From Octopus bimaculoides (lineage: Eukaryota): a stretch of DNA of 64,000 nt. Below are positions 1 to 11,833 of this stretch, piece after piece; the first letter of the stretch is position 1, and every line of letters starts with the position of its first letter. The notes under the pieces were generated by a model, which was given only the letters and a program-made list of their open reading frames with translations, did no database searches and had not been told where the DNA came from. The position numbers were made by a program, and so were the translations under genes. The stretch is taken from NCBI RefSeq assembly GCF_001194135.2, contig NC_068984.1, forward strand, positions 13,241,576 to 13,305,575, read 5' to 3'.

Positions 1-60
<60 letters not shown>

Positions 61-601
61 GTACATATAACCCTTACATAATCGTATTCAATATATGTAT
101 ATATAACTGCTAGAGAACGATATGCATAGTGACATAAAGGAAAGCACATGCCCACACTTATAGAGAGAGAAAGAAAGGGATTATATTCCAACTAGAAATG
201 ATAATGTACGCGCACTATATTAGCATATATGTCCCGTCAGCGGCAGAGTAAACTCTCATTGTATTTTTTCCCCGAAATGTAAAATATTCCTGGGAGAATG
301 TAATTATTATGTATCAAGAGTGTAATGTTATGTTTTTCATTGAATACGTGAGAAGCCATATGTTGGTTCAACATAGCAGTTATAGGCTTTTAGGCGTTTT
401 TTTCTTATATTTTTTTTTAAGCGACGGAATATAGCTGAAGGCGTGGTTATTAACTGTGTATCCATGTAACCAGTGGGTATCCAGACTGGAAGGCGTGTTT
501 TATTTGCACTGCAGGCTGTTACTATATACATAACGATAAGTGTCTATGTACTTTGGGCATATGGCATTATATATATTAATATATATATATATATATATAT
601 A

Positions 602-1383
602 NNNNNNNNNNNNNNNNNNNNNNNNNNNNNNNNNNNNNNNNNNNNNNNNNNNNNNNNNNNNNNNNNNNNNNNNNNNNNNNNNNNNNNNNNNNNNNNNNNN
701 NNNNNNNNNNNNNNNNNNNNNNNNNNNNNNNNNNNNNNNNNNNNNNNNNNNNNNNNNNNNNNNNNNNNNNNNNNNNNNNNNNNNNNNNNNNNNNNNNNNN
801 NNNNNNNNNNNNNNNNNNNNNNNNNNNNNNNNNNNNNNNNNNNNNNNNNNNNNNNNNNNNNNNNNNNNNNNNNNNNNNNNNNNNNNNNNNNNNNNNNNNN
901 NNNNNNNNNNNNNNNNNNNNNNNNNNNNNNNNNNNNNNNNNNNNNNNNNNNNNNNNNNNNNNNNNNNNNNNNNNNNNNNNNNNNNNNNNNNNNNNNNNNN
1001 NNNNNNNNNNNNNNNNNNNNNNNNNNNNNNNNNNNNNNNNNNNNNNNNNNNNNNNNNNNNNNNNNNNNNNNNNNNNNNNNNNNNNNNNNNNNNNNNNNNN
1101 NNNNNNNNNNNNNNNNNNNNNNNNNNNNNNNNNNNNNNNNNNNNNNNNNNNNNNNNNNNNNNNNNNNNNNNNNNNNNNNNNNNNNNNNNNNNNNNNNNNN
1201 NNNNNNNNNNNNNNNNNNNNNNNNNNNNNNNNNNNNNNNNNNNNNNNNNNNNNNNNNNNNNNNNNNNNNNNNNNNNNNNNNNNNNNNNNNNNNNNNNNNN
1301 NNNNNNNNNNNNNNNNNNNNNNNNNNNNNNNNNNNNNNNNNNNNNNNNNNNNNNNNNNNNNNNNNNNNNNNNNNNNNNNNNNN
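602..1383. other. Assembly gap (N-run), first of 11. Others: 15916-16371, 17273-17570, 21956-22346, 24886-24971, 32368-32452, 43297-44284, 46009-46283, 55326-56156, 57209-57270, 58890-59215
   Basis: Runs of n; most are bordered by (AT)n, (AAT)n, (CA)n or (ACT)n microsatellites. Confidence 0.99.
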
Positions 1384-1790
1384 CAAGAAAGGGACAAAAC
1401 ATCCAGACAGACGATACAAAAAAAAACAAGGACGGGTCATTCGGAGTTTTCTTTCCTCAGACGAGATCCAGATTATCCTTGCAATTTCGGCTGGTTATTC
1501 TCGGCCGACCCCAAGGAAAAACTAAGCTAAGAACATTACAATACTTGGAAGAAAGCAGCGAATGTATACAAAAACAAGGACGGAAAGAACGAACATATTA
1601 ACACAAATACAGTAGGACTAATAACAGGACAAAACAACAGATGTCTTTCGACTAAGGACGAATAAAATTAAGCTGTCGTGTATGGAAATAAGGCCTTACA
1701 GCCGGGATACAAGATTTCACAGGCACAAGGAGGAATAACGATGTTAAAAAAATTTCTATGACAGACAGAGACTTGTCCCTATATGTTTGA
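1384..1790 (-). mobile_element. Probable Penelope-like element terminal (pLTR-like) fragment
   Basis: Reverse strand ends in a T-rich 'ccgtccttgttttt...gttttgtccctttcttg' tract organised like the piece at 40565-40750; assigned by resemblance only. Confidence 0.35.
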
Positions 1791-2977
1791 CGTAATGAGA
1801 TTGTATTGTATTGTGTGTGTGCATGTGTGTCTGTGTTTGAGTGTGTGTGTGTGTGTGTGTATCTGAATCTATCTACTTATCTTTCTAGTCTTTCTGATAT
1901 CAAGTGAATGTTCCACTTACAGTCCAACGCCGCATCGTATTAATCAACATTAGTTAGTTATTTGACTGTCATCTTTTGTTGTCATGTAGTGTTTTATCGT
2001 GCTGCTAGCGGTTTTGCAGTAAAGACTTTATTGTAATATATTCTCAGGTAGTATTTCAACTGTACATTTTTAATTTAATCGGACAGTAACCTAACGATCC
2101 AGCAACCATCAACGCTAAACCTAGCAAAACCTGGACAATGGAATAGATGTGAGAGAATAAGTATTCCATTGCAATTCTTTTGTACGATAGTTGTAATTAA
2201 GAAAACGCTATATTTTCATTACAAACGAAACCAAAATGTGATCGAAGCATTTTGATTTCATCTGTCTTGAATTACCAATTAAAATTCAAAGGAGACGTAT
2301 GCACATTCTCTTAGAGTGTTAGATAATTGTTTCTGTAGTAGCTGCGATTACTGCTTTTGTTTGATTGACCAAAATCAGTCGTGAAAGAGTAGTTACGAGA
2401 TCAAGTGAGTTTAAACCTGGAATATCTCGCCTGTTTTTTTTGTTTTCAAGAACTTTGTATTTAGAACTTACTGATTGTATAATGTGATATCAGTGTCATA
2501 TGCTGCTAGATCGAGAAACCACTCAAGGTCACACTCGCGTATTGGTTACCTTGCGTACATACCAAATGGCTAATAGTTCGATAAATATTGGAATGTATCC
2601 TTGTAGTCTTTTTAATATAGTCATAGAATAGTCATTTCCATTCCATTTACACGAGAGACCAGAAGCTGAAAACCAACTGTTTTGGCATTCACAACAATAT
2701 TATTTCTAGAATTCTTACTAATTTCATCATTTTTAAAGATAAGGAAGAGAACACGTCGATAAAGAAATGTGCAGAGTCTTTTTATAATTCATTATTCATC
2801 ACAAATGTGATGTGATGTAGTGGCAACAGATTAGATCATCGGAAAAAGCATAGATGTTCCGGTTCGTTACTTTTTGAGTTCAAATACATCTGGGGTCGGT
2901 AAAATACGATATCAGTCAAATTGAGTTTGATATAAATAAACGAGCATCTTTCCCTCAAATCTGCTCGGTTCTTACCT

Positions 2978-3403
2978 GAATTTGAATAAATCATTTCTTT
3001 TTTATTTGTGAGAGAAAACAAAGTGTTGGTATTTTTAGCTTTACTCCTAGTTCAGGCTTTTTAGCTTTACTCCTAGTTCAGGCTTTTTAGCTTTACTCCT
3101 AGAAGAAGACTTATGACCATTGGATTTCCAACTGTAAACGTTTCTTCCTTTTTCTTTTGACTTTTCTACAATACTCATTCCACAATACTCATTCCATGCT
3201 GGAGTCAACAAAATCTCCAGCATGGAATGAGTATTGTAGAAAAGTCAAAAGAAAAAGGAAGAAACGTTTACAGTTGGAAATCCAATGGTCACAAGTCTTC
3301 TTCTAGGAGTAAAGCTAAAAATGCCTGAAGTAGGAGTAAAGCTAAAAATATCAACACTTTGTTTTCTCTCACAAAAAAAAAAAAAAGAAATTTATTCAAA
3401 TTC
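2978..3403. repeat. Long inverted repeat / foldback (~200-nt arms, 10-nt loop at 3205-3214)
   Basis: Left arm gaatttgaataaa...ccatgctggag is the reverse complement of right arm ctccagcatgg...tttattcaaattc. Confidence 0.95.
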
Positions 3404-5162
3404 TATTATGGTCGATCGATTCAGTAATGGTTGCCTTTCGGTTGCAAAATTCTGTTATAAAAATTTTAAAAAAATCCCAAGCAATATTTTTTACTGTTAT
3501 CATTCACTACTCTCTTGTTTCAATCAAATTTAACCTATGAAAGATCTAAAGGAACGAAATATAATTTTCTCATTCTAGTCTTACTTTCTTTAAATTTAAT
3601 CTGTGAAATATCTCAAAGAATGAAGTTGTTTTGCACGTACGATACTCCTAGTTTCCTTAACTTTAATCTTTGAAAGGTCCAAAGAAATGAACTTTTTTGT
3701 CATTCACTATACTTTTAGTTCCATTAAATTTAATCTGTGTTGTATATGAAGTTGTAACTAATAAATTCCTTCAAACGACTCTGTAATACCTCCATTCGCA
3801 ATCTTAATTGCATAGTTAACTAGTGCTCGATCTCTAATTTTGTAGTCGACAATCTAACTTATTTGGTCACATTCAGATGGAGGCATCCATATAGTACCAA
3901 TTAGGAAATATCCTGGAGAATAGGCTAGCTTAATTTAATAGAAAATCTTCATTCGTTTGGTGACATTACTTCTATTAGAAGACGTTAATGTTGCCAGCTT
4001 ATATTAGTAGGTTTCTGATATATTATTAAGCTTAGGATCAATTGAATTTAATCAACAATTAACGTTGTTGATGTGTGTTCTAAATGAAGCCTGATCTGGA
4101 AAGACCCCAGATGAAAACGTGTTTCAAATATTCCCCTGATCGTAAAGTGAAATTAAATCACTATGCAGAGATTTACTTCAATGAATGTAGTCTTCATTGT
4201 AATTACGTGGTTTGCTTCTTTGTTCGTCTTCTCCGAATCGGCCCACTCGAAGGGCGATGCATCGTTAATCAATGATTTCAGCATTTGATAAACATTACTC
4301 TATTGTAACTGTATTATTTGTTCATCCGAGAAACAGGTGTTTTTCCTCTATAACTCGTGGAAGGCTACCAGGGTCAAACATATGAAGGGAGAGTGTAAGA
4401 GAGGGAGAGAGGGAGAGAAAGAGACAGAGAATGAAAGCGCGAGAGGGGGAGAAAGATGGAGAGAGAGAGAAAGAAAGAGGAGGTTGTTTTTTTTTGTATT
4501 AGAAAGTAAAAGGGGCTAAGTACCACAAGAGTTAGTTACACCATTGGGCAAGTATCAGTGCAGATTATCATTCTCGTTCAATGCTAATTCATTTTCTTTA
4601 CATTGATCATAACCCTCGGAAAAAGCCAAACACCAGACATCATTAATTTGAAGTTTTCTGCTTGATTTACTATAATTAGTATACTTTAAATCGAAACAGA
4701 GTTACTGGGTGACAATTTTGGGTGTGTTCCAAACTTATAGGAGGATTTCAAGCGGGTAATGTAAGTTAACAAACAACATTTATTCCTAAAGTGATATGAC
4801 TATAAGGTGTGGTGAGATGTAAATATTCATGGCAGTTATTTATTGCTACATAGACTGAGCCAGTGAGAGACGTGATTGAAAATGTAGAGATGATAGGTTT
4901 GATAACGAATTACGAAAGATGGTTTCATCGATTGGTATCGATCTGACCAGTAGTTACTAGTTGGGATTAAATAGGATTATAAAGCAATTACAACATGGAA
5001 GACATATTAGTCATTAAAAGTCTAGAGTCTTTGAATAGCTAATAGTGGAAGTCGTCACAAAAATCTGTTAACTTCACTTAAACATTTATTACATGATGCC
5101 AACATTTTCGTCGCACCAACAGCAACCAGGTTACTCATACGGTTTCGCTACTTACCACATAG

Positions 5163-5199
<37 letters not shown>

Positions 5200-5344
5200 T
5201 AGAAAAAATAATAAGGTACTCAGATATCTGGATGGTTGTACATTTACAGATTTTTATTAACATGTCGCATGTTTTTATAAATTAGTGCTTGCATCTTTAC
5301 TGAGCGGTCCTTCGATTAAATAGATGCAGTTAGAGTTTGGTATT

Positions 5345-5520
5345 TACAAGGGGTTGCTGAAAATATCTGGCTTTGAGTAAAAGAAAATACAGAAGGATTA
5401 GTTAATCATGATTTTATTCAACATATTCCCCTTTCAAATCCACACTCTTATTGCAGCGAGCCTTCAGTTTTTCTAAGCGGTGTAAAAGAACTCGGAAGTT
5501 TGGGCCTCCAACTAGATCTA
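5345..5520 (-). mobile_element. Mariner 3' terminal fragment with TIR
   Basis: Reverse complement of 48480-48650; TIR-like tacaaggggttgctgaaaa. Confidence 0.7.
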
Positions 5521-5831
5521 TCGTGATACGCTTAAAGCTAGGATCTTTTCAGTAGCTCTCGTATTTCATCGCTTTCGTGAAGGGTAAAATTCTACACTTT
5601 GTACAGTGGGGTTTGAACTTAGATCGAAAAAAGAGAACAACTATTGGAAATGTAAGTAAATACGATACGACACTTTGTTCAGCCATATATCAGTTCTCCT
5701 AGTCTACTTCATTTCATACTGTCTTCTTATTCAGCCAAAACTATAGTGCTATTTTGACCCTATAATGTATTTTTTTCTTGAGCCTATGTATTCATAAGGC
5801 CGGTTAGTCGATTTCTATGTGTATTAGTGGC

Positions 5832-6215
5832 GTGGAGGCGCAATGGCCCAGTGGTTAGGGCAGCGGACACGCGGTCATAGGATCGCGGTTTCCATTTCCA
5901 GACCAGGGCGTTGTGAGTGTTTATTGAGCAAAAACACTTCAAACTCTACTAAACTCTGGCGGAGGGGGTGGTGGAAAACGCTGCTGTACTCTTTCACCAC
6001 AACTTTCTCTCACTCTTACTTCCTGTTTTCTGTTGTGCCTGTATTTCAAAGGGCCAGCCTCGTCACACTCTGTTTCACGCTGAATCTCCACGAGAACTAC
6101 GTTAAGGGTACACGTGTCTGTGGAGTGCTCAGCCACTTGCACGTTAATTTCACGAGCAGGTTGTTCCGTTGATCGGATCAACTGCATCCTTCGTCGTCGT
6201 AACCGACGGAATGCC
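5832..6215 (+). mobile_element. tRNA-derived SINE, family C (gtggaggcgcaatggcccagtgg head; cgtcgtcgtaaccgacgga tail)
   Basis: A-box TGGCCCAGTGG and degenerate B-box; body and tail shared with 51908-52200 and 59226-59545. Confidence 0.85.
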
Positions 6216-6295
6216 GTAGTGATATTAGTGGCAGAGATCACAATCCCTTGAACGGACCGCTGGTCCGTTACAGGGTTCAAAGTCAGCAATCGTGA

Positions 6296-6460
6296 CGGGA
6301 GGGGATAAGTCCATTATATCGACTCTAGTATTAGACTGTATCGACCCAGAAGGGGTAAAGTTAACTTCAGAAGGATTTGAACTCAGAACGTGAAGAGACA
6401 GAAGAAATGCCACTAAAGTGTTTTGTTCAATGTGCTAACGATTTTGCCTAATCGCAGCCT
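6296..6460 (-). mobile_element. SINE family A, degraded
   Basis: Reverse complement of gcagaaacgttagca...gttctgagttcaaat...gtcgat core. Confidence 0.7.
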
Positions 6461-7440
6461 TCTTATGATGCGAGCCCATTTTATTGCACCCACAGGCTGT
6501 AATATATGCAAAATATATATACTCGTATATACAAAATATAGTAAATTTTTCAATTATTAAATTTATACAATATTCATATGCCTATTTGCGACCTAGGTCG
6601 TATTTCCTCTACAGCCTAAAACAGCTAGATTCAAACAGAAAATCATCCGGTAATTGCCATTTGAATGGAAATTTTGTTTTTACTACAACACACATATTAC
6701 TAGGCTTGTACCACCCCCTTGAGACCCAACTACACTCTAGCTGAAAAATATAAAATACCGCATAAGTAATATAAACGTCCTAAATTCAGTGGCGGCGTTA
6801 ATGAAGATGTTACATATTAATTTAATGTGTTAAACTTATCTTTATTAATGCATATCGAATTATACATAGATATATACAAGGTTTACACAGATATAAGAGT
6901 TAGAAATTGTGGTCTGCTCGCAAACTTTCATCTTTGGAAATTTTTGCCATCGCACTAAAAAGTTTCCCCATCCTTATTTTAATCTATTCCAGTATATAAC
7001 ATCTATTTCATTCTTTTACCCCAGAACTCTACTGAGATCCGAACACATGCTTTGTGTCATTAAGTTGATGGTTAACGGCTGCTTGGGGTTATTTTCTCTA
7101 AAATTTGCTTTACTATAAGCGTACATATTGAAAATGTTGTTTGGTTTCAAACGGATGTAAACTGACATGGCTGCTCTTCTTTTTTTCAGCAGTGATTCAA
7201 AGTACAATGACATCATCCCTTGTTTACGATAATTGTGTCTGAATGCAGCAATTTTTACATTGAGTCAATGACATCAATTAACTGTTGTTAATTACTGACA
7301 GATACCGTCCGCACGAAAACAATAGCTTAGCTTGTTTAAGCATATATAACTCAATTTTAATCAACATTTTAATTATGCAGCTAGGAAAAGTTAATATAAC
7401 ATAGAATCAGGAAATTTAAGAGACAGCTGCACCCTTTCAA

Positions 7441-7593
7441 TGTGGCTGTGTGATAAGTAGCTTGCTTACTAACCACATGGTCGCGGTTTCAATCCCACTG
7501 CCTGACACCTTGTGCAAATGTCTTCTACTATAGCTTCAGGCCAACCAAAACCTTGTTAGTGGAGTTGGTAGACGGAAACTGAAAGACGCCCGT

Positions 7594-7656
<63 letters not shown>

Positions 7657-7888
7657 CAAAGAGAGAGAGAGAGAGAGAGAGATGTTTGTGTGTCTGTGTT
7701 TGTTCCTCCACCATCACTTGACAATCGATGTAGCTGTGTTTACGTCCCCGTAATCTAGCAGTTCGGCAAAAAGAACCGATAGAATAAGAACTAGGCTTAC
7801 AAAGACCGGGGGTCGATTTGCTCGACTAGAGGCGGTGCTCCAACATGACCTCAGTCAAATGACTGAAACAAATAAGAAAAAAAGAATA
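7441..7888 (+). mobile_element. SINE family B (ggagtggctgtgtggtaag head, central microsatellite, gtcaaatgactgaaacaagtaaaag tail)
   Basis: Full architecture shared with 14273-14722 and 56992-57450; CORE-like cacctt(g)ggcaagtgtctt. Confidence 0.9.
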
Positions 7889-8416
7889 TATATAAATATA
7901 TACATCTGACTGAAACGAATAAAAGAATATATATACATATATATTATTGCACTTACTCCAGTTCATAGTCATTATTTTATCAATGTTGCGGTTAGCGATG
8001 TTAGTCTATGTCTAACTAAGTACTTCAAATAAAACCGAAACATATCTAAAACATCTCCATCGTACTTGCTGAAACGTTAACCATTATGCTAACTCTGGAT
8101 GAGATCACGTTATATTTCCTATCACATAACTATTTCTATATTATATTTTAATACTGCTTGCATTAAATATGTTAACACTAATCTAGCACGGATCCTGAAC
8201 ACATAAGGATTTCTAATAAAAACTTTTAATGTTCCCCGCATGAAATACGTTAACGCTAATCTAGTTATAGTTCTCATTAAATAATTAATTCTAATAAATG
8301 TTGTATATTCTCGCTACATTAAATATATTAAAAGTAATTAAGTTTTTTTCTCAGTCGCAGGCGACGATGAGTAAAAGTGTATCAAAATTCCAAGTCAGTT
8401 ATATCCACATCGAGGG

Positions 8417-8580
8417 GCAGGTGTGGCTGTGTGATGAGGAGTTTGCTTCCCAACTACCTGGTTCCGAGTTCAGTCTCGCTGCGTGGCACCTTGGCAAGTG
8501 TCTTCTACGATAGCTTCGGAGTGGTCAAAGACTCGTGAGTGGATTTCAGAGATGGAAACTGAACGATGTCTGTCGTATTC

Positions 8581-8656
<76 letters not shown>

Positions 8657-9020
8657 CATGCAGGAAAAAGGACGATAGCACGACAAGGGCAACCAAAGAA
8701 AAACAAGATACACGAATCATTCGCAGCCAATTGCCTCTTCAGTCAGAGTCCGGAATGTCCACGTATTTCCGCCCACTGTGTGTGAATATGTGTCTGTCCG
8801 TCTGTCTTTGTGACAGCGTTTGTTCTCCACCTGCGCTTCACAACTGGTGTTCGTGCGTTTACGTCTCCGTAAATTAGAAGTTTGGCAAAAGAGAACAATA
8901 GAACAAGTACCAGACTTTTAACAAAATAAATCCTGGGGTTATTCGTTCGGCAAAAATTCGTCAAGGCCGTGTCCCACATGGCCGTTGTCTACTCACTGAG
9001 CAAATAAAAATAAAAGAAGA
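8417..9020 (+). mobile_element. SINE family B with central (CA)n
   Basis: Same head, core and tail as other B copies. Confidence 0.85.
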
Positions 9021-9576
9021 TAAATGATTTTTGTTAAATACTCGCTACATTAAATATGTTAACGCTACGTTATCTTGTGAACAACAAATTAGAAAGTGAG
9101 GAACGTATGTTGCAATGTATATATTCCTGCACCTACTCCTCTTCATAATGATTACGTAATCTCTGTTGCGGTTAGCGAGGTTAAGCCTTGCTAAATACTT
9201 CGAATAAAGCCGAAACATCCAAAACATGTCGATCATAATTGCTGAAAGGTTAAAGATAGTGCTAATTCACTTTTGTTTACTTGCTAAATTAAAAGCTTTA
9301 AGCACTTTAATCTTAACATTTCCGAATTCAGGGCTGATTTGTTGGTGTAGAAAACAAAATTCATACTCTTGTCACGTATTGTAGAAATAAATGGGTTTAA
9401 ACAATCACCGAGCACTGCCGATATGTAAACAAAATTAAAATCTCTTAATCGTGAGTTTACTATTTGAAAAAGGCCTACAAAACATAATTAAACTAGTCTT
9501 CCTAACAACAAGATATTTTACCAATAATATTTTTTTACAATTCTTTAAGTATCATCAAATTTTATAAAGTTACAGT

Positions 9577-9792
9577 GAGGCAGCAAGCTCGCAGAATCGT
9601 TAGCACCCCGGGCAAAATGCCGAGCGGCGTTTCGTCTGTCTTTACGTTCTGAGTTCAAATTCCATCGCGGTCAACTTTGCCTTACATCTTTTCGGGTCGA
9701 TAAATTAAGTACCAGTCAAGTACTGGGGCCAATATACTCGACTATGCCTCTCCTCTAAATTTCAGGCCTTTTGCCTATAGTTGAAAGGATTA
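9577..9792 (+). mobile_element. SINE family A (ggcggcgagctggcagaaacgttagc head)
   Basis: A-box/B-box (gagttcaaattcc) and gtcgataaattaagtacc core. Confidence 0.85.
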
Positions 9793-10056
9793 TAAAGTTA
9801 GAAGGTCGTTTACATTCATATGTGTATTATACAACTTGGAAATGTACCTATCAGAGAAAATTCAATTCTTCGTAATTCACTCTATTTAATAGCGATGTCC
9901 CAACCTTAAATTCCATGGTTTCAATCTCACTAATCGATGCTGATCATTTGCCTTTTACATGTGGGAATTAAAGAGAAATACGAAAAAAAAAAAAAAAACC
10001 ATGACGAAAGTACAAAGTGATTGAGAAGTCCTGTTCTTTGTTACGTGGAATTTGTA

Positions 10057-10262
10057 AGGCGGCTTGCTGGCAGAAACGTTAGCACGCTGGGTGAAATGTA
10101 TTTCGTCTGTCTTTACGTTCCGAGTTCAAATTCCGCCGAGGTCGACTTTACCTTTCATCCCCTTGGAGTCGATAAATTAAGTACCAGTTGCATACTGGGG
10201 TCAATCTAATCGACTGGCACCCTCCCATAAAATTTCAGGCCTTCTACCTAGAGTAGAAAAGA
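10057..10262 (+). mobile_element. SINE family A
   Basis: Near full-length match to 61920-62137. Confidence 0.9.
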
Positions 10263-11232
10263 GAATGATATGTGAAATTTGTATGGTTTATTTAGTGGTA
10301 AATCTTTTCTCATATATTTTTAATACCGTCGTTGCTATATTATTTTGATCTCTTTTATAACCTTGACGATTTTCTAATCTTTTCAAAATGTTATTTCAGA
10401 AAATGACATTTTGAAAAGATCAGAAAATTGTCAATTTTATATAACTGGAAGAATGTAATGATTATCTCGTTATTATATCTTGGCATTCTCAGACCCTCAG
10501 ACATGTCTGGACGGCTGGCAGAGTCGCTAGCAGAGCAGTAAAGTAACTATCCAGGAATGTCTTACCCGCAGTAGTCAATAGACGACCTGAAGGTGGAGTG
10601 GTTTGAGGTGTAAAATGGAGACGTAAGAAAGGACGGCGGTGAAGAGGTGTCAAGTACAAGGGTGAGCTAGAAAGAGTGGGAAACAAGACGTATATTAAAA
10701 CGTTCAATTGAGCTCAAAGACATTGGTTTAAACCGGATTATGGTAATGTTAAACTAACTTTTGAATCACCGCGTATATTATCAGTAGTAACATAAAACCA
10801 AAGCAACTACAAAAGAGTTAATATGGATACCTGATACTAGATGCGGACATGATAAGTAGAAAGAAAACTATGTCGGCAGAATATGTCATAGCAGTCGTTG
10901 TGATAATTCAACCCGTTATAGAAGCCGTCAACGTTATCCACTTCCTAGATATATTCATGTGTCTACATAATATCGAGACATATCCTTATGTCTATACGGT
11001 GTCAACATATGACATGTAGTAATAGAATTTGTGCTGATAGAATAATGAGCTCTAGTCGCAATAGTAGTGGAATAATAAAATTGGTTGTTGTTTAATCACA
11101 GGCCAGGACAGATAGAATAGATATACGATCAAAGGCAATCGATCTATTATCATAATGTCTTTCTTGCAGACATATTATGTCCAGACCAAGGATTTTTAAC
11201 GTATTTCTATCTAGGAGACAATTTTAAGCTTC

Positions 11233-11274
<42 letters not shown>

Positions 11275-11275
<1 letters not shown>

Positions 11276-11620
11276 CTTTCTACTATAGGCACAAGACCTG
11301 AAATTTCGGGGGTGGGAGTAAGTCGATTACATCGACCCCAGTACTCAGCTGGTATTCATTTTAACGACTCCGAAAGAATGAAAGGCGCTAGGTTACGAGG
11401 ACGTAAACGAACCAGCATCGGTTGTCGAGCAATGTTGGGGGACAAACAGACACACAAACATATAAACACACATACATATACATATATATATATATATACA
11501 CATACATATACGACGGGCTTCTTCCAGTTTCCGTCTACCAAATCCACTCACAAGGCTTTGGTTGGCCCGAGGCTATAGTAGAAGACACTTGCCCAAGGTG
11601 CCACGCAGTGGGACTGAACC
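11275..11620 (-). mobile_element. SINE A 3' fragment (11275-11388) followed by SINE B fragment (11395-11620)
   Basis: Reverse complements of family A tail and family B 5'/central parts. Confidence 0.8.
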
Positions 11621-11677
11621 CGGGAAAATTTCGAACCTGGGTTCTCATTGCTAGGGTATTGTTCGATGCTGGTGTTG

Positions 11678-11708
<31 letters not shown>

Positions 11709-11709
11709 C

Positions 11710-11740
<31 letters not shown>

Positions 11741-11813
11741 TCACTGTCTGGTATCGAACTCAGAATCTTGGTGTTAGTAGCCCGCGTTTTTAACCACTAC
11801 CCCATATACCCGT
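11621..11813 (-). mobile_element. SINE family D (tRNA-Ser-like head, (AAT)n linker), truncated just before the hammerhead
   Basis: Reverse complement of 11834-11993. Confidence 0.85.
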
Positions 11814-11833
11814 GGGCATTATACTTCAAGCTC

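Noticed and set aside
1431-1470. Hammerhead-like CTGAGGA...CCGAATGACCCGTC on the minus strand
   Set aside because: A15.1 is replaced by T and helix I cannot form; at best a dead remnant
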